64,000 bases of DNA from Azolla caroliniana (Eukaryota > Plantae > Polypodiophyta), in contig JBHGNT010000101.1 of NCBI GenBank assembly GCA_043228905.1, forward strand, positions 25,833-89,832, given 5' to 3'. Below the pieces are notes generated by a model, which saw nothing but the letters and a program-made list of their open reading frames with translations, was not told the origin of the DNA and did not search any database. This document shows, piece by piece, positions 54,371 to 64,000 of this stretch; the first letter of the stretch is position 1, and every line of letters begins with the position of its first letter. A program made the translations under genes and the position numbers.

Positions 54371-54799
54371 ATTAAAATGTTCATACCTGGCTCGTGTGAT
54401 ATCAGATTTTTGTGTTCAAACATGGGAATCGAAGCTAACAACGCTAGCTATGATATGGAATTAAAAAATCAAGATTTTGAAACTCAGGTCGAGAGACATG
54501 ATGAGATTACCAAATTTGAGGAGTGAGTTGAGAGAAGCCCTTGAGTAAATTAAAATGTTCATACCTGGCTCGTGTGATATCGGATTTTTGTGTTCAAACA
54601 TGAGAATCGAAGCTAACAACGCTAGCTATGATATGGAATTAGAAAATCAAGATTTTGAAACTCAGGTCGAGAGACATGACGAAAATACCAAATTTGAGGA
54701 GTGAGTTAAGAAGAGCTATGAGTTAAATTAAAATGTTCATACCTGGCTCGTGTGATATCGGTTTTTTGTGTTCAAACATGCGAATCGAACCTAACAACG

Positions 54800-57700
54800 C
54801 TAGCTATGATATGGAATTAAAAAATCAAGATTTTGAAACTCAGGTCGAGAGACATGATGAGATTACCAAATTTGAGGAGTGAGTTGAGAGAAGCCCTTGA
54901 GTAAATTAAAATGTTCATACCTGGCTCGTGTGATATCGGATTTTTGTGTTCAAACATGAGAATCGAAGCTAACAACGCTAGCTATGATATGGAATTAGAA
55001 AATCAAGATTTTGAAACTCAGGTCGAGAGACATGACGAAAATACCAAATTTGAGAAGTGAGTTAAGAAGAGCTATGAGTTAAATTAAAATGTTCATACCT
55101 GGCTCGTGTGATATCGGATTTTTGTGTTCGAACATGCGAATCGAACCTAACAACGCTAGCTATGATATGGAATTAAAAAATCAAGATTTTGAAACTCAGG
55201 TCGAGAGACATGATGAGATTACCAAATTTGAGGAGTGAGTTGAGAGAAGCCCTTGAGTAAATTAAAATGTTCATACCTGGCTCGTGTGATATCGGATTTT
55301 TGTGTTCAAACATGAGAATCGAAGCTAACAACGCTAGCTATGATATGGAATTAGAAAATCAAGATTTTGAAACTCAGGTCGAGAGACATGACGAAAATAC
55401 CAAATTTGAGGAGTGAGTTAAGAAGAGCTATGAGTTAAATTAAAATGTTCATACCTGGCTCGTGTGATATCGGATTTTTGTGTTCAAACATGCGAATCGA
55501 AGCTAACAATGCTAGCTATGATATGGAGTTAAAAAATCAAGATTTTGAAACTCAGGTCGCGAGACATGACGAAATTACCAAATTTGAGGAGTGAGTTAAG
55601 AAGAGCTATGAGTTAAATTAAAATGGTCATACCTGGCTCGTGTGATATCGGATTTTTGTGTTCAAACATGTGAGTCGAAGCTAACATTGCTAGCTATGAT
55701 ATGGAGTTAAAAAATCAAGATTTTGAAACTCAGGTCGAGAGCCACGACGAAATTACCAAATTTGAGGAGTGAGTTAAGAAGAGCTATGAGTTAAATTAAA
55801 ATGTTCATACCTGGCTCGTGTGATATCGGATTTTTGTGTTCAAGCATGCCAATCGAAGCTAACTACGCTAGCTATGATATGGAATTAAAAAATCAAGATT
55901 TTGAAACTCCGGTCGAGAGACATGATGAGATTACCAAATTTGAGGACTGAGTTGAGAGAAGCCCTTGAGTAAATTAAAATGTTCATACCTGGCTCGTGTG
56001 ATATGAGATTTTTGTGTTCAAACATGGGAATTGAAGCTAACAACGCTAGCTATGATATGGAATTAAAAAATCAAGATTTTGAAACTCAGGTCGAGAGACA
56101 TGATGAGATTACCAAATTTGAGGAGTGAGTTGAGAGAAGCCCTTGAGTAAATTAAAATGTTCATACCTGGCTCGTGTGATATCGGATTTTTGTGTTCAAA
56201 CATGCGAATCGAAGCTAACAACGCTAGCTATGATATGGAATTAAAAAATCAAGATTTTCAAACTCAGGTCGAGAGACATGATGAGATTACCAAATTTGAG
56301 GAGTGAGTTGAGAGAAGCCCTTGAGTAAATTAAAATGTTCATACCTGGCTCGTGTGATATCGGATTTTTGTGTTCAAACATGCGAATCGAAGCTAACAAC
56401 GCTAGCTATGATATGGAATTAAAAAATCAAGATTTTCAAACTCAGGTCGAGAGACATGATGAGATTACCAAATTTGAGGAGTGAGTTGAGAGAAGCCCTT
56501 GAGTAAATTAAAATGTTCATACCTGGCTCGTGTGATATCGGATTTTTGTGTTCAAACATGTGAATCGAAGCTAACAACGCTAGCTATGATATGGAATTAA
56601 AAAATCAAGATTTTGAAACTCAGGTCGAGAGCCACGATGAAATTACCAAATTTGAGGAGTGAGTTAAGAAGAGCTATGAGTTAAATTAAAATGTTCATAC
56701 CTGGCTCGTGTGATATCGGATTTTTGTGTTCAAGCATGCAAATCGAAGCTAACTACGCTAGCTATGATATGGAATTAAAAAATCAAGATTTTGAATCTCC
56801 GGTCGAGAGACATGATGAGATTACCAAATTTGAGGCCTGAGTTGAGAGAAGCCCTTGAGTAAATTAAAATGTTCATACCTGGCTCGTGTGATATCAGATT
56901 TTTGTGTTCAAACATGGGAATCGAAGCTAACAACGCTAGCTATGATATGGAATTAAAAAATCAAGATTTTGAAACTCAGGTCGAGAGACATGATGAGATT
57001 ACCAAATTTGAGGAGTGAGTTGAGAGAAGCCCTTGAGTAAATTAAAATGTTCATACCTGGCTCGTGTGATATCGGATTTTTGTGTTCAAACATGAGAATC
57101 GAAGCTAACAACGCTAGCTATGATATGGAATTAGAAAATCAAGATTTTGAAACTCAGGTCGAGAGACATGACGAAAATACCAAATTTGAGGAGTGAGTTA
57201 AGAAGAGCTATGAGTTAAATTAAAATGTTCATACCTGGCTCGTGTGATATCGGATTTTTGTGTTCAAACATGTGAGTCGAAGCTAACATTGCTAGCTATG
57301 ATATGATTACCAAATTTGAGGACTGAGTTGAGAGAAGCCCTTGAGTAAATTAAAATGTTCATACCTGGCTCGTGTGATATGAGATTTTTGTGTTCAAACA
57401 TGGGAATTGAAGCTAACAACGCTAGCTATGATATGGAATTAAAAAATCAAGATTTTGAAACTCAGGTCGAGAGACATGATGAGATTACCAAATTTGAGGA
57501 GTGAGTTGAGAGAAGCCCTTGAGTAAATTAAAATGTTCATACCTGGCTCGTGTGATATCGGATTTTTGGGTTCAAACATGCGAATCGAAGCTAACAACGC
57601 TAGCTATGATATGGAATTAAAAAATCAAGATTTTCAAACTCAGGTCGAGAGACATGATGAGATTACCAAATTTGAGGAGTGAGTTGAGAGAAGCCCTTCA

Positions 57701-60700
57701 GTAAATTAAAATGTTCATACCTGGCTCGTGTGATATCGGATTTTTGTGTTCAAACATGCGAATCGAAGCTAACAACGCTAGCTATGATATGGAATTAAAA
57801 AATCAAGATTTTCAAACTCAGGTCGAGAGACATGATGAGATTACCAAATTTGAGGAGTGAGTTGAGAGAAGCCCTTGAGTAAATTAAAATGTTCATACCT
57901 GGCTTGTGTGATATCAGAATTTTGTGTTCAAACATGCGAATCGAAGCTAACAACGCTAGCTATGATATGGAATTAAAAAATCAAGATTTTGAAACTCAGG
58001 TCGCGAGACATGACGAAATTACCAAATTTGAGGAGTGAGTTGAGAGAAGCCCTTGAGTAAATTAAAATGTGAATACCTGGCTCGTGTGATATCGGATTTT
58101 TGTGTTCAAACATGTGAATCGAAGCTAACAACGCTAGCTATGATATGGAATTAAAATATCAAGATTTTGAAACTCAGGTCGAGAGACATGATGAGATTAC
58201 CAAATTTGAGGAGTGAGTTAAGAGAAGCCCTTCAGTAAATTAAAATGTTCATACCTGGCTCGTGTGATATCGGATTTTTGTGTTCAAACATGCGAATCGA
58301 AGCTAACAACGCTAGCTATGATATGGAATTAGAAAATCAAGATTTTGAAACTCAGGTCGAGAGACATGATGAGATTACCAAATTTGAGGAGTGAGTTGAG
58401 AGAAGCCCTTGAGTAAATTAAAATGTTCATACCTGGCTCGTGTGATATCAGAATTTTGTGTTCAAACATGTGAGTCGAAGCTAACATTGCTAGCTATGAT
58501 ATGGAGTTAAAAAATCAAGATTTTGAAACTCAGGTCGAGAGCCACGACGAAATTACCAAATTTGAGGAGTGAGTTAAGAAGAGCTATGAGTTAAATTAAA
58601 ATGTTCATACCTGGCTCGTGTGATATCGGATTTTTGTGTTCAAGCATGCAAATCGAAGCTAACTACGCTAGCTATGATATGGAATTAAAAAATCAAGATT
58701 TCGAAACTCAGGTCGAGAGCCATGACGAAATTACCAAATTTGAGGAGTGAGTTGAGAAGAGCTATGAGCTAAATCAAAATGTTCATACCTGGCTCGTGTG
58801 ATATCGGATTTTTGTGTTCAAACATGCGAATCGAAGCTAACAACGCTAGCTATGATATGGAATTAAAAAATCAAGATTTTGAAACTCAGGTCGAGAGACA
58901 TGATGAGATTACCAAATTTGAGGAGTGAGTTGAGAGAAGCCCTTGAGTAAATTAAAATGTTCATACCTGGCTCGTGTGATATCGGATTTTTGTGTTCAAA
59001 CATGAGAATCGAAGCTAACAACGCTAGCTATGATATGGAATTAGAAAATCAAGATTTTGAAACTCAGGTCGAGAGACATGACGAAAATACCAAATTTGAG
59101 AAGTGAGTTAAGAAGAGCTATGAGTTAAATTAAAATGTTCATACCTGGCTCGTGTGATATCGGATTTTTGTGTTCGAACATGCGAATCGAACCTAACAAC
59201 GCTAGCTATGATATGGAATTAAAAAATCAAGATTTTGAAACTCAGGTCGAGAGACATGATGAGATTACCAAATTTGAGGAGTGAGTTGAGAGAAGCCCTT
59301 GAGTAAATTAAAATGTTCATACCTGGCTCGTGTGATATCGGATTTTTGTGTTCAAACATGAGAATCGAAGCTAACAACGCTAGCTATGATATGGAATTAG
59401 AAAATCAAGATTTTGAAACTCAGGTCGAGAGACATGACGAAAATACCAAATTTGAGGAGTGAGTTAAGAAGAGCTATGAGTTAAATTAAAATGTTCATAC
59501 CTGGCTCGTGTGATATCGGATTTTTGTGTTCAAACATGCGAATCGAAGCTAACAATGCTAGCTATGATATGGAGTTAAAAAATCAAGATTTTGAAACTCA
59601 GGTCGCGAGACATGACGAAATTACCAAATTTGAGGAGTGAGTTAAGAAGAGCTATGAGTTAAATTAAAATGGTCATACCTGGCTCGTGTGATATCGGATT
59701 TTTGTGTTCAAACATGTGAGTCGAAGCTAACATTGCTAGCTATGATATGGAGTTAAAAAATCAAGATTTTGAAACTCAGGTCGAGAGCCACGACGAAATT
59801 ACCAAATTTGAGGAGTGAGTTAAGAAGAGCTATGAGTTAAATTAAAATGTTCATACCTGGCTCGTGTGATATCGGATTTTTGTGTTCAAGCATGCCAATC
59901 GAAGCTAACTACGCTAGCTATGATATGGAATTAAAAAATCAAGATTTTGAAACTCCGGTCGAGAGACATGATGAGATTACCAAATTTGAGGACTGAGTTG
60001 AGAGAAGCCCTTGAGTAAATTAAAATGTTCATACCTGGCTCGTGTGATATGAGATTTTTGTGTTCAAACATGGGAATTGAAGCTAACAACGCTAGCTATG
60101 ATATGGAATTAAAAAATCAAGATTTTGAAACTCAGGTCGAGAGACATGATGAGATTACCAAATTTGAGGAGTGAGTTGAGAGAAGCCCTTGAGTAAATTA
60201 AAATGTTCATACCTGGCTCGTGTGATATCGGATTTTTGTGTTCAAACATGCGAATCGAAGCTAACAACGCTAGCTATGATATGGAATTAAAAAATCAAGA
60301 TTTTCAAACTCAGGTCGAGAGACATGATGAGATTACCAAATTTGAGGAGTGAGTTGAGAGAAGCCCTTGAGTAAATTAAAATGTTCATACCTGGCTCGTG
60401 TGATATCGGATTTTTGTGTTCAAACATGCGAATCGAAGCTAACAACGCTAGCTATGATATGGAATTAAAAAATCAAGATTTTCAAACTCAGGTCGAGAGA
60501 CATGATGAGATTACCAAATTTGAGGAGTGAGTTGAGAGAAGCCCTTGAGTAAATTAAAATGTTCATACCTGGCTCGTGTGATATCGGATTTTTGTGTTCA
60601 AACATGTGAATCGAAGCTAACAACGCTAGCTATGATATGGAATTAAAAAATCAAGATTTTGAAACTCAGGTCGAGAGCCACGACGAAATTACCAAATTTG

Positions 60701-61310
60701 AGGAGTGAGTTAAGAAGAGCTATGAGTTAAATTAAAATGTTCATACCTGGCTCGTGTGATATCGGATTTTTGTGTTCAAGCATGCAAATCGAAGCTAACT
60801 ACGCTAGCTATGATATGGAATTAAAAAATCAAGATTTTGAATCTCCGGTCGAGAGACATGATGAGATTACCAAATTTGAGGCCTGAGTTGAGAGAAGCCC
60901 TTGAGTAAATTAAAATGTTCATACCTGGCTCGTGTGATATCAGATTTTTGTGTTCAAACATGGGAATCGAAGCTAACAACGCTAGCTATGATATGGAATT
61001 AAAAAATCAAGATTTTGAAACTCAGGTCGAGAGACATGATGAGATTACCAAATTTGAGGAGTGAGTTGAGAGAAGCCCTTGAGTAAATTAAAATGTTCAT
61101 ACCTGGCTCGTGTGATATCGGATTTTTGTGTTCAAACATGAGAATCGAAGCTAACAACGCTAGCTATGATATGGAATTAGAAAATCAAGATTTTGAAACT
61201 CAGGTCGAGAGACATGACGAAAATACCAAATTTGAGGAGTGAGTTAAGAAGAGCTATGAGTTAAATTAAAATGTTCATACCTGGCTCGTGTGATATCGGA
61301 TTTTTGTGTT
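54800..61310 (+). repeat. ~14-monomer block (~54.8-57.27 kb) recopied at ~58.85-61.3 kb, offset 4046 bp (23x178 - 48)
   Basis: GTTCGAACATG at 55126 and 59172; CATGCCAATC at 55845 and 59891; GAATCTCCGG at 56793 and 60839. Confidence 0.87.
57222..57351 (+). other. Truncated 130-bp monomer with a 48-bp out-of-phase deletion at ~57305
   Basis: GCTATGATATG is joined directly to ATTACCAAATTTGAGGACTG. The marker offset across this site is 23x178 - 48. Confidence 0.95.
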
Positions 61311-64000
61311 CAAACATGCGAATCGAACCTAACAACGCTAGCTATGATATGGAATTAAAAAATCAAGATTTTGAAACTCAGGTCGAGAGACATGATGAGA
61401 TTACCAAATTTGAGGAGTGAGTTGAGAGAAGCCCTTGAGTAAATTAAAATGTTCATACCTGGCTCGTGTGATATCGGATTTTTGTGTTCAAACATGAGAA
61501 TCGAAGCTAACAACGCTAGCTATGATATGGAATTAGAAAATCAAGATTTTGAAACTCAGGTCGAGAGACATGACGAAAATACCAAATTTGAGGAGTGAGT
61601 TAAGAAGAGCTATGAGTTAAATTAAAATGTTCATACCTGGCTCGTGTGATATCGGATTTTTGTGTTCAAACATGCGAATCGAACCTAACAACGCTAGCTA
61701 TGATATGGAATTAAAAAATCAAGATTTTGAAACTCAGGTCGAGAGACATGATGAGATTACCAAATTTGAGGAGTGAGTTGAGAGAAGCCCTTGAGTAAAT
61801 TAAAATGTTCATACCTGGCTCGTGTGATATCGGATTTTTGTGTTCAAACATGAGAATCGAAGCTAACAACGCTAGCTATGATATGGAATTAGAAAATCAA
61901 GATTTTGAAACTCAGGTCGAGAGACATGACGAAAATACCAAATTTGAGGAGTGAGTTAAGAAGAGCTATGAGTTAAATTAAAATGTTCATACCTGGCTCG
62001 TGTGATATCGGATTTTTGTGTTCAAACATGCGAATCGAAGCTAACAATGCTAGCTATGATATGGAGTTAAAAAATCAAGATTTTGAAACTCAGGTCGCGA
62101 GACATGACGAAATTACCAAATTTGAGGAGTGAGTTAAGAAGAGCTATGAGTTAAATTAAAATGGTCATACCTGGCTCGTGTGATATCGGATTTTTGTGTT
62201 CAAACATGTGAGTCGAAGCTAACATTGCTAGCTATGATATGGAGTTAAAAAATCAAGATTTTGAAACTCAGGTCGAGAGCCACGACGAAATTACCAAATT
62301 TGAGGAGTGAGTTAAGAAGAGCTATGAGTTAAATTAAAATGTTCATACCTGGCTCGTGTGATATCGGATTTTTGTGTTCAAGCATGCCAATCGAAGCTAA
62401 CTACGCTAGCTATGATATGGAATTAAAAAATCAAGATTTTGAAACTCCGGTCGAGAGACATGATGAGATTACCAAATTTGAGGACTGAGTTGAGAGAAGC
62501 CCTTGAGTAAATTAAAATGTTCATACCTGGCTCGTGTGATATCAGATTTTTGTATTCAAACATGGGAATCGAAGCTAACAACGCTAGCTATGATATGGAA
62601 TTAAAAAATCAAGATTTTGAAACTCAGGTCGAGAGACATGATGAGATTACCAAATTTGAGGAGTGAGTTGAGAGAAGCCCTTGAGTAAATTAAAATGTTC
62701 ATACCTGGCTCGTGTGATATCGGATTTTTGTGTTCAAACATGCGAATCGAAGCTAACAACGCTAGCTATGATATGGAATTAAAAAATCAAGATTTTCAAA
62801 CTCAGGTCGAGAGACATGATGAGATTACCAAATTTGAGGAGTGAGTTGAGAGAAGCCCTTGAGTAAATTAAAATGTTCATACCTGGCTCGTGTGATATCG
62901 GATTTTTGTGTTCAAACATGCGAATCGAAGCTAACAACGCTAGCTATGATATGGAATTAAAAAATCAAGATTTTCAAACTCAGGTCGAGAGACATGATGA
63001 GATTACCAAATTTGAGGAGTGAGTTGAGAGAAGCCCTTGAGTAAATTAAAATGTTCATACCTGGCTTGTGTGATATCAGAATTTTGTGTTCAAACATGCG
63101 AATCGAAGCTAACAACGCTAGCTATGATATGGAATTAAAAAATCAAGATTTTGAAACTCAGGTCGCGAGATATGACGAAATTACCAAATTTGAGGAGTGA
63201 GTTGAGAGAAGCCCTTGAGTAAATTAAAATGTGAATACCTGGCTCGTGTGATATCGGATTTTTGTGTTCAAACATGTGAATCGAAGCTAACAACGCTAGC
63301 TATGATATGGAATTAAAAAATCAAGATTTTGAAACTCAGGTCGAGAGCCACGACGAAATTACCAAATTTGAGGAGTGAGTTAAGAAGAGCTATGAGTTAA
63401 ATTAAAATGGTCATACCTGGCTCGTGTGATATCGGATTTTTGTGTTCAAACATGTGAGTCGAAGCTAACATTGCTAGCTATGATATGGAGTTAAAAAATC
63501 AAGATTTTGAAACTCAGGTCGAGAGCCACGACGAAATTACCAAATTTGAGGAGTGAGTTAAGAAGAGCTATGAGTTAAATTAAAATGTTCATACCTGGCT
63601 CGTGTGATATCGGATTTTTGTGTTCAAGCATGCGAATCGAACCTAACAACGCTAGCTATGATATGGAATTAAAAAATCAAGATTTTGAAACTCCGGTCGA
63701 GAGACATGATGAGATTACCAAATTTGAGGACTGAGTTGAGAGAAGCCCTTGAGTAAATTAAAATGTTCATACCTGGCTCGTGTGATATGAGATTTTTGTG
63801 TTCAAACATGGGAATTGAAGCTAACAACGCTAGCTATGATATGGAATTAAAAAATCAAGATTTTGAAACTCAGGTCGAGAGACATGATGAGATTACCAAA
63901 TTTGAGGAGTGAGTTGAGAGAAGCCCTTGAGTAAATTAAAATGTTCATACCTGGCTCGTGTGATATCGGATTTTTGTGTTCAAACATGCGAATCGAAGCT

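Larger units (their letters stand above)
1..64000 (+). repeat. Tandem satellite DNA array, 178-bp monomer, ~360 head-to-tail copies in a single orientation; putative centromeric/pericentromeric satellite, family not identified
   Basis: The anchor AAAATGTTCATACCTGGCTCGTG recurs at 99, 276, 454, 632, 810 and onward to the window end. Repeated ORFs at 443/621, 8432/8610 and 12707/12885 are exactly 178 apart. No non-satellite sequence was seen. The centromeric role is inferred only from monomer size and homogeneity. Confidence 0.99.
14130..64000 (+). repeat. Satellite sub-domain R (variant set CATGAGAATC, ATGTGAATACC, CCTTCAGTA, TGTGAGTCG, GAGCCACGACG, CAAGCATGCAAATC, ACTCCGGTC, CATGGGAATC)
   Basis: These variants first appear at 14.37-16.5 kb, recur to the window end, and were not seen in the first 14 kb. 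Confidence 0.85.

Noticed and set aside
1-64000. CRISPR-like array (conserved segments alternating with variable ones)
   Set aside because: The variable segments are alleles of the same sequence rather than unique spacers. The period is 178 bp and there are no cas genes or leader.
1-64000. Identification as Arabidopsis thaliana CEN178/CEN180 or primate alpha satellite
   Set aside because: Only the length is similar. I see no recognisable CEN178 sequence motifs and no CENP-B box. A database search is needed to name the family.
1-64000. 5S rDNA, tRNA or snRNA tandem gene array; transposon insertion; strand inversion; telomeric repeats
   Set aside because: No recognisable RNA gene sequence or Pol III boxes were seen. 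Monomer phase is accounted for wherever I checked by small indels and the two deletions, leaving no room for inserts. No reverse-orientation monomers or telomere motifs were seen.
1-64000. A/B monomer order as an information-bearing code or programmed system
   Set aside because: The order is adequately explained by nested block duplications, and nothing in the sequence supports a coding function.

Overview
The whole 64-kb window is one uninterrupted, head-to-tail tandem satellite array of a 178-bp, ~37% GC monomer (~360 copies, all in the same orientation, highly similar to one another). Consensus: AAAATGTTCATACCTGGCTCGTGTGATATCGGATTTTTGTGTTCAAACATGCGAATCGAAGCTAACAACGCTAGCTATGATATGGAATTAAAAAATCAAGATTTTGAAACTCAGGTCGAGAGACATGATGAGATTACCAAATTTGAGGAGTGAGTTGAGAGAAGCCCTTGAGTAAATT. 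Size and homogeneity suggest a eukaryotic centromeric or heterochromatic satellite, but I do not recognise the family. It does not resemble the Arabidopsis thaliana CEN178 sequence as I recall it, despite the same length. I see no genes, transposons, RNA genes or CRISPR array, and the listed ORFs are artefacts. The interest lies in the variant pattern: (i) the monomer looks like a diverged dimer of ~89-bp halves; (ii) there are two equal-length alternative 3' ends; (iii) two variant-defined sub-domains meet near 14 kb; (iv) block duplications and higher-order repeats are nested with offsets of 1, 2, 4, 7, 9, 14, 15-17, 23-24, 33 and 40 monomers, and some can be put in temporal order; (v) two out-of-register deletions and one apparently templated multi-nucleotide mutation are present. 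All offsets were read by hand from diagnostic variants, and block edges are approximate.
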